From the NCBI GenBank assembly GCA_965140705.1, contig OZ223300.1, positions 1,472,001 through 1,536,000 of the forward strand: 64,000 nt of DNA, in the 5' to 3' direction. The notes under the pieces are model-generated. The model was given only the letters and a program-made list of their open reading frames with translations. It ran no database searches and was not told the DNA's origin. Of this stretch, positions 16,762 through 26,912 are shown piece after piece. The stretch's first letter is position 1. Each line of letters starts with the position of its first letter. The stretch comes from an uncultured Arcobacter sp. (GTDB lineage Bacteria > Campylobacterota > Campylobacteria > Campylobacterales > Arcobacteraceae). The translations under genes were made by a program, and so were the position numbers.

Positions 16762-18798
16762 CTAAAAATCAAATTGAGCCATAACTCTATATGTTCGACC
16801 TTGACCTGGAATTCTTCCTACTGGACTTATATCTGCTCCTCTAAAGTAATAATCTTTATCAAATAAGTTATTTATCCCAAAACTAAATCTAGCATTTAGC
16901 TTATCATTTATTTTAACTTTTGTAGAAACTTTTGTATTCCATAACATATAATCAGGATTTTCACCTATACTACCTGTTGAATTTTCTTTTTTAGTATTTG
17001 CAGTATCTGAAAAAGTTTTGCTTAAATAAATTCCTGTAAGATTCAAATCATAATTACTTACACTATAATCAGTGGCAATACTAAATTGATGTTTAGATAC
17101 CCAAGGAAGCCTTTTCCCCTCATTTTCTCCAGACTTTTGCTCTGTATCTAAATAAGTATATCCAAGAGTAAATTTTGTATGATCAGTTGCTTTTACACTT
17201 AATAGAGTCTCAATACCTTGATGTAAAGTTTTTCCAAGATTTTTAAAGTCATCCTCTGCTCTTACATATTCTATTTGGTCATCATAAACTATTCTATATA
17301 AAGTTGTTGTAGCACTAAAAATATCATTAGGTGTATATCTAGCTCCAATTTCATAATTCCAAGCCAATTCTGGCTTTAATTCTCCTTCTTTTGTTACTTG
17401 TGCAACTTGAGGCGTTCTAAGTGACTTTTGAGCATTTGTAAATAAAAATAACTCATTTGTTGCTTGATATCCAAGGCTAAGGCCAGGTAGATATTCACTC
17501 ATTTTTTTATTTTTATTGTTGCTATTAATATTATCATTAAATTTCATTTTAACTTTTTCAAATCTTAGTCCAGGTGTTATAGTAAAGTTACCATTCATTA
17601 AACTAATAGTATCACTAATATATCCCGCATATGCATTGGTTTTTATTTTCCAATCTCTTACAGTATTTTTTATATTATCATTAAATTTTGTTTGATATAA
17701 AAAATAATCAACATCTTCATTTACATATCTTGTACCAATTGTTATTTTTTGATTTTGTGTTGAATATGTAAATCTTGGTTCTATCCCATATACATCTATT
17801 TTTCTATCAGCAGCTCGAATAGAGTCTTCTGTTAATGGTGTAAATCCTTTTCCTGCTGTATTCCATCCCCATGTGAATTTTCTTTTGCTTGATTGTGCAA
17901 AGTTTATAAGACTAAATTCTGTGTTATTTGTGGGATTTAATGTATATGTTAAAGATGCTCTTTTAGTACTTCCATCAAAGTTATCATTTTTTCTTTGAGA
18001 TTCACTTTTATCTTTATCATAAGCTTCAGGAAGTAATGCTCCTGGTAAATCTGCATTTGCTTTATAGTACTGAAGATTTGATTTTATAGAACTATTATCT
18101 GTAGGGTAATATTCAGCATCTAATATTACATTTTTAATATCAGTATCAGAGTGTTCTCTATATGAATCACCCTTGATACCATTATATTGTAATTGTAATC
18201 CTAAATCATCTTTTACAAAGCCACCTGTTCTTAAATATGTATCTGTAAGTAGATTTCCCTCATCTGATGTTGTTAGTGTCTCTTTTAAGGTAGTTGATTG
18301 TTTATTAGTAATAGGTTTTGTAATAAAGTTTATAACTCCACCAACATTATTTGGTCCATAATGAACAGCCGCTCCTCCTCTTACTATGTCAATTTTTTCT
18401 ACTGTATCCATTGTAACTGGAAATAATGATAAACTGGAGTGACTATATGGTGCTAAAGTTGCAGGTATTCCATTTACCAATGCATTTAGATATTCACTTC
18501 TTCCAGGTTTTAGACCTCTAACTGATATATTAGGAAGCACTCCTGTTCCTGTTTCATCTTGGATTTGAACACCAGGAACTGTTCTTAATGCTTCTTCTAG
18601 ATTAAGAGCTGGTGTTTTTTCTAAATACTCAGAGTCAAGAACTGTTCTTGCTCCCACATATTTTTTTACTGATTGTGTAGATGCATCTCCTAGCCAGCTT
18701 CCTTGTACTTGTACATCTTCTAATTGAGTAGTTTCTGTATCTGCATAAGAGATATTGCTTGCTAATACTATTAATGCAACTGCATGTGATATTCTCAT
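16762..18798 (-). CDS. TonB-dependent siderophore receptor, FecA-like
   Basis: Signal peptide, TonB-box-like LEDVQV, plug motifs PGVQ and IDIVRGGAAVHYGPNNVGGVINFIT, NNLFDKDY, C-terminal Phe. Confidence 0.9.
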   Translation of the reverse strand: MRISHAVALIVLASNISYADTETTQLEDVQVQGSWLGDASTQSVKKYVGARTVLDSEYLEKTPALNLEEALRTVPGVQIQDETGTGVLPNISVRGLKPGRSEYLNALVNGIPATLAPYSHSSLSLFPVTMDTVEKIDIVRGGAAVHYGPNNVGGVINFITKPITNKQSTTLKETLTTSDEGNLLTDTYLRTGGFVKDDLGLQLQYNGIKGDSYREHSDTDIKNVILDAEYYPTDNSSIKSNLQYYKANADLPGALLPEAYDKDKSESQRKNDNFDGSTKRASLTYTLNPTNNTEFSLINFAQSSKRKFTWGWNTAGKGFTPLTEDSIRAADRKIDVYGIEPRFTYSTQNQKITIGTRYVNEDVDYFLYQTKFNDNIKNTVRDWKIKTNAYAGYISDTISLMNGNFTITPGLRFEKVKMKFNDNINSNNKNKKMSEYLPGLSLGYQATNELFLFTNAQKSLRTPQVAQVTKEGELKPELAWNYEIGARYTPNDIFSATTTLYRIVYDDQIEYVRAEDDFKNLGKTLHQGIETLLSVKATDHTKFTLGYTYLDTEQKSGENEGKRLPWVSKHQFSIATDYSVSNYDLNLTGIYLSKTFSDTANTKKENSTGSIGENPDYMLWNTKVSTKVKINDKLNARFSFGINNLFDKDYYFRGADISPVGRIPGQGRTYRVMAQFDF

Positions 18799-18851
18799 TT
18801 TTTTCCTTTAAAATAATTGTAGGTGAATAATAATAGTTTTATTCTTATAAT

Positions 18852-18870
18852 AATATTAATAACGATTATC
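18852..18870. promoter_or_regulatory. Putative Fur box upstream of the TonB receptor
   Basis: AATATTAATAACGATTATC matches GATAATGATAATCATTATC at 14/19 positions. The AT-rich background weakens the match. Confidence 0.55.
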
Positions 18871-18977
18871 TAAATCATAAAATAAACTAATATAATAATA
18901 TTTATAAAAAGAGAAAAATTTGTTATTCTAAGAAGAAATAAGTACAATATGGAAAATAAAATACTAAGATAAATATA

Positions 18978-19928
18978 ATGGCACATAAAGAACACAAAAA
19001 AGGCTTACATTCTCGTAACCCACACAATAAAAGATATGATTTCCCACAACTTATAAAAAGTTTACCAAAACTTGCAGATTATGTTTTTAAAAATAAGTAT
19101 GATGAGTTATCAATTGATTTTGCAGATGCAAAAGCAGTTTTAACTTTAAATAAAGCACTCCTAGCTCACTTTTATAATATAAAAATATGGTCAATACCAG
19201 ATGGATACTTATGTCCTCCTATTCCTGGACGAGCTGATTATATTCACTATATTGCTGATATCTTATCTGAGTATAATAATCAAAAAGTACCAAAGGGTTC
19301 TAAGATAAAAGGACTTGATATTGGTATTGGTGCTAATTGTATCTATCCCATTATTGGAAATAGTGTTTATGGTTGGTCATTTGTAGGTAGTGATATAGTA
19401 AAAGAGTCTATCTCTTCATCTCAAAAAATTATAGAATCAAATGAATCTTTAAGAGGAAATGTTGAGTGTCGATTACAGACAAATCCTGATAGTATTTTTA
19501 CAGGTATTATAAAAGAAGATGATAGATTTGATTTTACTTTATGTAATCCTCCTTTTCATAAATCACAAGAAGAAGCCCAAGCTGGAAGTAAAAGAAAGGT
19601 TCAAAATCTTACAAAACAAGTAGTAAATAAAGCTTCACTAAACTTTGGTGGTAAGAGTAATGAACTTTGGTGTAAAGGTGGAGAAGTAGCTTTTGTAAAA
19701 GCTATGATAAAACAAAGTAAAAAGTATGCTAAAAACTGTTTTTGGTTTAGTACAATTGTATCAAAAAAAGACAATTTACAATTTATATATGACACGATAG
19801 ATTATGTAAAACCTACAGAATATGATACCATAGAGATGCAACATGGGCAAAAGATAAGTAGAATAGTTATTTGGACATTTCTTACAAAAGAAGAGCAAAA
19901 ACAGTGGGCTTCAAAGTGGGAAGATTAA
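18978..19928 (+). CDS. rlmF: 23S rRNA (adenine1618-N6)-methyltransferase
   Basis: LHSRNPH..RYDF, LCPPIPGRADYIH, LDIGIGANCIYP, CNPPFH, ELWCKGGE. Confidence 0.95.
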   Translation: MAHKEHKKGLHSRNPHNKRYDFPQLIKSLPKLADYVFKNKYDELSIDFADAKAVLTLNKALLAHFYNIKIWSIPDGYLCPPIPGRADYIHYIADILSEYNNQKVPKGSKIKGLDIGIGANCIYPIIGNSVYGWSFVGSDIVKESISSSQKIIESNESLRGNVECRLQTNPDSIFTGIIKEDDRFDFTLCNPPFHKSQEEAQAGSKRKVQNLTKQVVNKASLNFGGKSNELWCKGGEVAFVKAMIKQSKKYAKNCFWFSTIVSKKDNLQFIYDTIDYVKPTEYDTIEMQHGQKISRIVIWTFLTKEEQKQWASKWED

Positions 19929-20506
19929 GAGTTTTTAAGTAACTTTTGCCAATCCTCTTTTGTATCTACATCTATAGAGTACTTATCATCTAAGGTAAAA
20001 CTTATTGGCTCATATTTAAAGAAAAGTTGTTTTGCTCCTTTATTTCCTTTTAGTTTTTTTAGTTCTTCAAAGTATTCTTTTGGAAATATTGTAGGTACTG
20101 CATATTGATTTTTATATTGTGAGCAGATTATTTTATCTTTATTTTCATTTGATAATTTTATTAAGTTTTCATAATGTTCTATTGGTATCAAAGGTTGGTC
20201 ACAAAGCATTATTAGAACCTTTTTTTCTTTTATATTTGATATTCCAAAAGCTATAGTGTTTCCCATACCTTCATCGTAGTTTGGATTTGTTAATATATTT
20301 ATATTCTTATTTTCAATCTCTTTTTTTACCTCATCATTTTTATGACCTAAGACAACAGTTACATTTGAAGTTAATTCAAAAGCTTTTTCAATTGCGATAT
20401 TTATAAGAGTTTTACCCTTTAACTTTAATAATTGTTTTGGCTCTCCCAGACGACTTGAAGTACCAGCTGCTAGTATTAAAACAGCTAGATTAATGGATTT
20501 TTCCAT
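19925..20506 (-). CDS. Molybdenum cofactor cytidylyltransferase (MocA-like nucleotidyltransferase)
   Basis: ILAAGTSSRLGEPKQLL, LCDQP, DVDTKED; last gene of an xdhC/iorAB cluster. Confidence 0.85.
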   Translation of the reverse strand: MEKSINLAVLILAAGTSSRLGEPKQLLKLKGKTLINIAIEKAFELTSNVTVVLGHKNDEVKKEIENKNINILTNPNYDEGMGNTIAFGISNIKEKKVLIMLCDQPLIPIEHYENLIKLSNENKDKIICSQYKNQYAVPTIFPKEYFEELKKLKGNKGAKQLFFKYEPISFTLDDKYSIDVDTKEDWQKLLKNS

Positions 20507-21383
20507 TTTTCCTAGCTTCTATTTGTGCACATATTGATAGGGCTACTGATTGGTGAGTATGTCCACCTATTTCAAAACCAACAGGAGCGAAAAATCTTTT
20601 ATCTTCTTCAAGTTTAAATTTCTCTTTTTTATCTCGCATACTTATTTTATTTCCCATAATACCGATATATTCAACCTTTGAATTAAGTAGTGCTTTTAGG
20701 TAGGTATCATCTGTTTTTGGACTATGACTTAATATAACTGAAGCATTATATGAACTTAAATCCATAGTTAAGATATCTTCAAAATTTTCTAACTCTATGA
20801 TTTCATCTACTTCACTTACATAATCTTTATTGATGTTTATATCCATAATTGTAGTTTTCCAACCCATGAGGTTTGCCATACTTATAAAAGATGTAACATG
20901 GGCACCTGAACCAAATATCAAAATAGAGTAGGGCATTTTAATCTCTTGGTAGAATTTATCATCTTCAAATTTTGTCACTGTATTTCTATTTGTAAATACA
21001 TAATCATTATTTTTTATATTTCGAATTAGTGTTTTATCAAAATTTTTTAAAGCAAGTCCTAATACTCCATAATCATCTTTTTTTAAAAATACTTGTAGAA
21101 AATATTTACTTGTACCATGTCCAGAGGATTCATCTTTTGGGATGTTTTCAAAGTATTTTGATTTTTGATTTTTAAAGGCAGTTTTTGCATACTCTAAGAT
21201 TTGTTTATGCAAGTGCTTACTTCCAAATACACCTACAAACTCAAAGTTAGAGTTTATAAGCATAAGATTTCCAGCCTTTGTATAAGTAGAACCTAGTGTT
21301 TCTATAACACTAACTCCTACTAAGTCAAGACCTTGTTTTTTATTTTTTTCAATAAAATTTAAATACTGTTTATTTTCAAACAT
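20490..21383 (-). CDS. XdhC/CoxI family molybdoenzyme maturation factor
   Basis: GSTYTKAG, IFGSGAHV, YIGIMG, APVGFEIGG...ALSICAQI. Confidence 0.85.
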   Translation of the reverse strand: MFENKQYLNFIEKNKKQGLDLVGVSVIETLGSTYTKAGNLMLINSNFEFVGVFGSKHLHKQILEYAKTAFKNQKSKYFENIPKDESSGHGTSKYFLQVFLKKDDYGVLGLALKNFDKTLIRNIKNNDYVFTNRNTVTKFEDDKFYQEIKMPYSILIFGSGAHVTSFISMANLMGWKTTIMDININKDYVSEVDEIIELENFEDILTMDLSSYNASVILSHSPKTDDTYLKALLNSKVEYIGIMGNKISMRDKKEKFKLEEDKRFFAPVGFEIGGHTHQSVALSICAQIEARKNGKIH

Positions 21384-21389
21384 AATTTA

Positions 21390-23525
21390 TTAGCCTATTT
21401 TAATGGGCATAGAGTGATATCTTTTTCCCGTAGCATCAAATAGTGCATTTGGTACTGCTGCTAAGATTGGAGGTACACCTGGTTCTCCTATACCACCTAT
21501 TTTTTCTCCTGAATTTATGATATTTACTTCTATTTCTGGTGCATCTGAAATTCTACTTACAACATAATCATAAAAGTTATTTTGTAATGCTTCACCATTA
21601 TTTATTGTTATTTTACTATATTTAAGTGCTGCAATACCAAAGTTAATAGAACCTGCTATTTGGTTTTTCACATTTTGTGGATTGAAAGCAAATCCACAAT
21701 CAACAGTTGCCCATACTTTTTCTACTTTGAAATCATTTTTTGTAACTCTCACCTTTGCAATTTGAGCACAGATTGTTCCAAAAGATTCGTGAATAGCAAC
21801 CCCATAACCAACATTTTTCTCTTTTTTTCTATTTTCCCAATTTGCTTTTTTAGCCACATCTTTTAGTATAGTTATAAATCTATGGTCTTTTAGCATATTT
21901 ATTCTATATTCAATAGGGTCAACACCAGCTGCAAATGCTGCTTCATCAACTATACCTTCAACTGTTGGCGCACTTTGTGTATGACCAACTGATCTCCACC
22001 ATAATACTGGTATTGGAGAATCCATTGTAAATGCTTGCATATCATGACTATTTATATCATAAGGATGATCTACTAATCCCTCTTTTTGTGCCCCATCTAC
22101 TCCATTTTTGAAACCAAATGATTCCAAAAATGAACCTTTAAAAATAGATTGTGAAGTTACTTTGGCATCAAAAGCTGTTATATCTCCATGTTTGTCTAAA
22201 GCAACTTTTACTTTGTTTTTATATTTTGGTCTATAGTTACCCATTTTGATATCATCTTCTCTTGTCCAAAGTGTCATAATTGGGAACTCCTCATCTTTTG
22301 AAACAAAAGCTCCATCTAAAATAAAGTCACTATTTATAACTCCTCTTCTTCCAAAAGCACCACCTAAATATGGAGTATGGTATGTGACATTTTCACCTTT
22401 TACGCCTAATACTTTTGTAATAGCTCCTAAAGCCAAAGTTTGTGATTGAGAAGATGACCAAACGGTTGCTTTATCTTTTTCATGGTGAATTACTATTCCT
22501 AAGGGTTCCATTGGAGCATGGGCTAAGAATGGGAAATTGTATTCAGCTTCAATTGTTTTATCTGCACTTGCAAAAGCTTTCTTAGAATCCCCATCTTTTC
22601 TCATTGAAGCACCATCTTTTTCCATTGCTTTTGAGTATTGTTCATTTAGCTGTTTTTCACTTGTGTTTTTGAACTCATCTTTATCCCAAACAACATCAAT
22701 ATCCAATAATGCTTCTTTTGCTATCCACCAATGCTCAGCTATAACTGCTATTCCTGAAGGGATTTGTTTTACTTTTATAACACCATCTTTTTTTAAAGCT
22801 TTACTTGCATCATAACTTTTAACCTTTGCTCCAAAAATAGTTGGGTGGTAAACCGCTGCATATTTCATATTTAGAACTCTTACATCTATACCAAATTCTG
22901 CTTTTCCTGTAACTTTTGCCCACATCTCTTTTGGATGTCTTGAGTGTGGTTTCCCTACAAATTTACAATCTTTTAACTCTTTTATTTTAGGATTAGTAGG
23001 AACTTTCATCGATGATAAATCATTTACTAAATCACCAAATTTAAAACTCTCTTTTGTCTTTTTATTAAATACTTTTGAGTCTTTTGTGTAAACATCATAA
23101 GATCTTACTTTCCATTTTTTAGCAGCTGCTTTAATTATCATCTCATTAACTGCTGCTCCTATTTTTCTCATCTCTAATTGTTTACTGTATACAGATGATG
23201 AACCACCTGTAATCATCAATGGTCCAAAAATACTGTTATATACAGGAGCTATTTTTGCAGGTACAATATTGATATCTTTCCAATCTACATTTAACTCTTC
23301 TGCTATACACATAGCTAATGTTGTATATGTACCTTGTCCCATCTCAACTTGTCCAACAATAAAGTTGATATTATTATCTGGTGTTATTTCAACGAAAGCA
23401 TTTGGTTCTAATGCTTTTTCATCTTTTTTAGTTTCACTAGCTCTTGATTTAGTTGGAATATAAAATCCAATAACATATGCTGCGCTTACAGCTGTAGTTG
23501 TTTTTAAAAAATCTCTTCTTTTCAT
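21390..23525 (-). CDS. Xanthine-oxidase-family molybdopterin subunit (IorB-like), Tat-exported
   Basis: MKRRDFLK Tat motif, EMGQG, TGGSSS, AHAPMEP, GGAFGRR, WWRSVGH, GGIGEPG. Confidence 0.92.
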   Translation of the reverse strand: MKRRDFLKTTTAVSAAYVIGFYIPTKSRASETKKDEKALEPNAFVEITPDNNINFIVGQVEMGQGTYTTLAMCIAEELNVDWKDINIVPAKIAPVYNSIFGPLMITGGSSSVYSKQLEMRKIGAAVNEMIIKAAAKKWKVRSYDVYTKDSKVFNKKTKESFKFGDLVNDLSSMKVPTNPKIKELKDCKFVGKPHSRHPKEMWAKVTGKAEFGIDVRVLNMKYAAVYHPTIFGAKVKSYDASKALKKDGVIKVKQIPSGIAVIAEHWWIAKEALLDIDVVWDKDEFKNTSEKQLNEQYSKAMEKDGASMRKDGDSKKAFASADKTIEAEYNFPFLAHAPMEPLGIVIHHEKDKATVWSSSQSQTLALGAITKVLGVKGENVTYHTPYLGGAFGRRGVINSDFILDGAFVSKDEEFPIMTLWTREDDIKMGNYRPKYKNKVKVALDKHGDITAFDAKVTSQSIFKGSFLESFGFKNGVDGAQKEGLVDHPYDINSHDMQAFTMDSPIPVLWWRSVGHTQSAPTVEGIVDEAAFAAGVDPIEYRINMLKDHRFITILKDVAKKANWENRKKEKNVGYGVAIHESFGTICAQIAKVRVTKNDFKVEKVWATVDCGFAFNPQNVKNQIAGSINFGIAALKYSKITINNGEALQNNFYDYVVSRISDAPEIEVNIINSGEKIGGIGEPGVPPILAAVPNALFDATGKRYHSMPIKIG

Positions 23526-23526
23526 C

Positions 23527-23982
23527 TTACACCTCCGCTGTTGCAGCTTTTATAGCTGTTTTTATTTTGTTGTATGTACCACATCTACAGATATTACCAT
23601 CCATAGCTTTTATTATCTCTTCTTCACTTGGTTTTGGAGTTGTTTTTATTAGGCTTGCTGCATTCATGATTTGTCCCGATTGGCAATATCCACATTGTAC
23701 AACATCTTCTTGTACCCAAAATTTTTGTAGTTTTTGTACTGTTTTATCTGTTTGTGTCTCTATAGTAGTTATTTTTTTGTTTCCTATTGTATTAATAGGA
23801 GTTTGACAGGCTCGTACTGCTTTATCATCTAAAAGCACGGTACAGGCTCCACATTGTCCCACTCCACATCCAAACTTTGTACCTGTAAGATTTAAGTGAT
23901 CTCTTAACACCCAAAGTAATGGTGTTTCAGGATTTATATCTAAATTATAACTTTTTTCATCTACTGTAATTTTGAAAGACAT
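23527..23982 (-). CDS. 2x[2Fe-2S] small subunit (IorA-like)
   Basis: GTKFGCGVGQCGACTV, QCGYCQSG, NICRCGTY. Confidence 0.95.
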   Translation of the reverse strand: MSFKITVDEKSYNLDINPETPLLWVLRDHLNLTGTKFGCGVGQCGACTVLLDDKAVRACQTPINTIGNKKITTIETQTDKTVQKLQKFWVQEDVVQCGYCQSGQIMNAASLIKTTPKPSEEEIIKAMDGNICRCGTYNKIKTAIKAATAEV

Positions 23983-24037
23983 CTTTTTTCCTTTTTTTTA
24001 ACTATAAAAGAAATTCTAATATAAAAATCTTAATTTT

Positions 24038-24064
24038 AAATAAACTATACAGTTTAGTTTATTT
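24038..24064. promoter_or_regulatory. Putative TetR operator
   Basis: Perfect 10-bp inverted repeat AAATAAACTA-N7-TAGTTTATTT between divergent iorA-like and tetR genes. Confidence 0.65.
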
Positions 24065-24100
24065 TATATTTATTTATATAATTTTAGATACAATTTATTC

Positions 24101-24709
24101 ATGAAAAAAAATAGACCATTAAATGAAGAAAAAAGAAAAGCAATAATAAAAGCTGCCATAACTGAATTTTATGAAAAAGGATTTGAAGGCTCTAGCATGG
24201 ATACAATCTCTAAAGAAGCAAATGTATCTAAAGCTACTGTTTACAACCACTTTAAAAACAAAGAAGAGTTATTTATAGCTATTACTGAGATTTTAAAAGA
24301 TAGACTTTATGAAAGTTTCGAATACACTTATAAAAAAGATAAGCCAATAGAAGAGCAGTTATATGAAATAGGAAAACAAGAGTTAAACTTCTTAAACGAT
24401 GAAGAAAATATTACTTTAATAAAAATTGCAACAATTGTAATGATTCAAAAAAATCAAATTGGACTAAAAGTTTTAGATATAGTAAAAGACGATTGTATGT
24501 TAATGGTTGTCCAATGGTTTGAAGATGCTAAAAAAGATGGAAAATTAGATTTTGAAAGTAGTTCTTTTGTTTCAAGACAATTTATTGGAATGATAAAATC
24601 TTTTGTTTTATATCAACAATTTTATGGTGCTCCAATTCTACCAAAAGAAGAGCATGAAAACCTTTTAAAACAAGCAGTTAAGATGATAAAAGTGTTGTAC
24701 GAAAAATAA
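24101..24709 (+). CDS. TetR/AcrR family transcriptional regulator
   Basis: F.EKGFEGSSMDTISKEANVSKATVYNHFKNKEELF HTH. Confidence 0.95.
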   Translation: MKKNRPLNEEKRKAIIKAAITEFYEKGFEGSSMDTISKEANVSKATVYNHFKNKEELFIAITEILKDRLYESFEYTYKKDKPIEEQLYEIGKQELNFLNDEENITLIKIATIVMIQKNQIGLKVLDIVKDDCMLMVVQWFEDAKKDGKLDFESSSFVSRQFIGMIKSFVLYQQFYGAPILPKEEHENLLKQAVKMIKVLYEK

Positions 24710-24772
24710 ATATTTTATTTTGATTCAAACTCTAAAAACTGTAGTATAATTCGTTTTTTCAAAGGCGAACAC

Positions 24773-25426
24773 ATGGCATTTAGAAACTATGCCCCTATAT
24801 TTAAAGAGATAAGAAGTAGTAACTTCTTAAAAGTACAATCACTAACACTATTTTTAACAACTTACATTGATTGGACATTGATTCCATTTGTCACAAAATT
24901 AGAAGGAACTTATCTTCCTGTATTTATGATTAGTTTTTATATGCTTGTTGGTGCATTGGATGGTTTTATACAACCTTTATTTAAAAATATTAAGATATAT
25001 AATATTTATATGTTTGCTATAGTTTTGGATGTTATTCAAATATTTTCTTATCTTGTATTTTCTTCTTCAATTTTAACCTTTACATATGTGATTTTGACCA
25101 TATTTACTATTCAAGGGATTACCTTTGAAGTATCAAGAATTCATACTGTTGATTTTATGCAAGAAGAAAAAGTACATTTAAAAGATTATTTAATGATAAG
25201 GTCATTTATGATTTCATTAGCAATTGTCTTAGGAAGTGCTAGTGCTATGTTATTTGATTATTTTTCATCTGATTTAAAGATTTTATTATGGTATTTAACA
25301 ATATTAGGAATATTGGGAATTTTATTACAAATTAAACTATACAATAAGTTTAAAAAGAGAATTTATGGTGCAAAGATAAAGATAAAAAAAGATAAAAAAG
25401 AGTTATTTGAGAAATTTAGATTATAA
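24773..25426 (+). CDS. Uncharacterised integral membrane protein (~6 TM)
   Basis: 217-aa hydrophobic ORF with TATAAT and an AAGG RBS upstream; no family recognised. Confidence 0.75.
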   Translation: MAFRNYAPIFKEIRSSNFLKVQSLTLFLTTYIDWTLIPFVTKLEGTYLPVFMISFYMLVGALDGFIQPLFKNIKIYNIYMFAIVLDVIQIFSYLVFSSSILTFTYVILTIFTIQGITFEVSRIHTVDFMQEEKVHLKDYLMIRSFMISLAIVLGSASAMLFDYFSSDLKILLWYLTILGILGILLQIKLYNKFKKRIYGAKIKIKKDKKELFEKFRL

Positions 25427-25478
25427 AGTAAAAAGAGGATTATGTTAATATACATTTATAAAAATTAATGGGGATATT

Positions 25479-26912
25479 GTGAAAATATTATTAAGTATCA
25501 TATTTGTATTTTGTATATTATCAAAGGGCGTTTTTGCAGAAGAGTTGAATATTATAGATAAAGATAATAATAGTTGGCTTCAAGTTTATAATAATCTACA
25601 AAAATCACAAGCTCTAGAAGAAAGTATCAGGCAATTAGAAAAAGATATAAGAAAAGCTAATCCACAAAAAAAAGCAGAATTAAAACAATTGTTAAGTCTT
25701 CAAGAGAGTAAAAAAGCAATTCTTGATGAATTACCAAAAAGTTTTAATAGTATGCTAGATAAAGTGACAATAAATACAAATGTTAAAGATATAAATCTAA
25801 TAGAATATCTTTTTGCAAGTAAAAAGATAAAATTTGCTGCTCAAACTCAAAAGTTAAACTTTTTAAAAAGTCAGTACGATGAAGCAGTAGAATATCTAGA
25901 AAATGAACTTAAACTTACTCTTTCACAAGATAATAAAAATCTTGAAAAAGAAGAACAATTACAAAAAGAAATAGCATATTTTGAGAATGCTAAAGGATTA
26001 TTAGAGGGTAAAGAAGAGGTTTTAAATCGGACAAAAGATTTATATTATAATTCTTTAAAAGAGTATGGAGAAACCCAATTTGTAACTCATCTTTTAAATT
26101 TATCAATTATAATTTTACTTTTTATAGTCTTTTATATTATAAAATATTTTATTATCAAAAAAATTGATAATGAAGAAAAACTATTTAAAGTGAAAAAAGT
26201 TTTAAATATCACTTTCTTTATAATAATCTTTTTAGTTGCAATTGCCTTTAATATTAATAATATAATTTATGCAGCAACTCTTATTGGTGTTATTGCAGCT
26301 GCAATGACTATTGCTATGAAAGAGTATTTACAAAGTATTGCTTCTTGGCTTCAATTGATACTTGGTAACCAGATTCAAATAGGTGATAGAATTTTAGTCA
26401 ATATTGATGGAAATCCTGTTATTGGTGAAGTCATTGAAATATCACTATTTAAAGTAAGTTTATATGAAAGTATAAATAATACTACTTCATCAAAAATAAA
26501 AATTGCTGGAAGAATAATCTTTATAGCAAACAATGTTTTTGTAAATAATTATGTTTATAACTATACCCATGACAAGATGAAAAATATTTATGACATGATA
26601 GAGTTAAGCATTCCTTTTGGTTCTGACACACATAAAGTAGAAAACATATCTTTTGAAGTTGCTTATGAAATGACTGAAAAATATATGGAAGTAGCCAATA
26701 AACAGTTTCAAAGTATGAAAAGGCGATATGATATGCGTTCAAGAGAGTTTAGACCAAGAATTCATCTTATACCTGATTCTAAAGAGCCATTTTTTACTCT
26801 TCGTATTTGGTATGTGGCACCTTATCATCAAATTATGGAATTAAAATCTCAAATAAGTCAAAAAGTAGTAAAGAGATTACTTGATGAAGGAATCTCTTTT
26901 TATTCTAAATAG
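25479..26912 (+). CDS. MscS-family mechanosensitive channel with N-terminal coiled-coil domain
   Basis: IQIGDRILV...GEVIEISLFK, FIANNVF..NYT; 3 TM segments after a long helical region. Confidence 0.88.
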   Translation: MKILLSIIFVFCILSKGVFAEELNIIDKDNNSWLQVYNNLQKSQALEESIRQLEKDIRKANPQKKAELKQLLSLQESKKAILDELPKSFNSMLDKVTINTNVKDINLIEYLFASKKIKFAAQTQKLNFLKSQYDEAVEYLENELKLTLSQDNKNLEKEEQLQKEIAYFENAKGLLEGKEEVLNRTKDLYYNSLKEYGETQFVTHLLNLSIIILLFIVFYIIKYFIIKKIDNEEKLFKVKKVLNITFFIIIFLVAIAFNINNIIYAATLIGVIAAAMTIAMKEYLQSIASWLQLILGNQIQIGDRILVNIDGNPVIGEVIEISLFKVSLYESINNTTSSKIKIAGRIIFIANNVFVNNYVYNYTHDKMKNIYDMIELSIPFGSDTHKVENISFEVAYEMTEKYMEVANKQFQSMKRRYDMRSREFRPRIHLIPDSKEPFFTLRIWYVAPYHQIMELKSQISQKVVKRLLDEGISFYSK

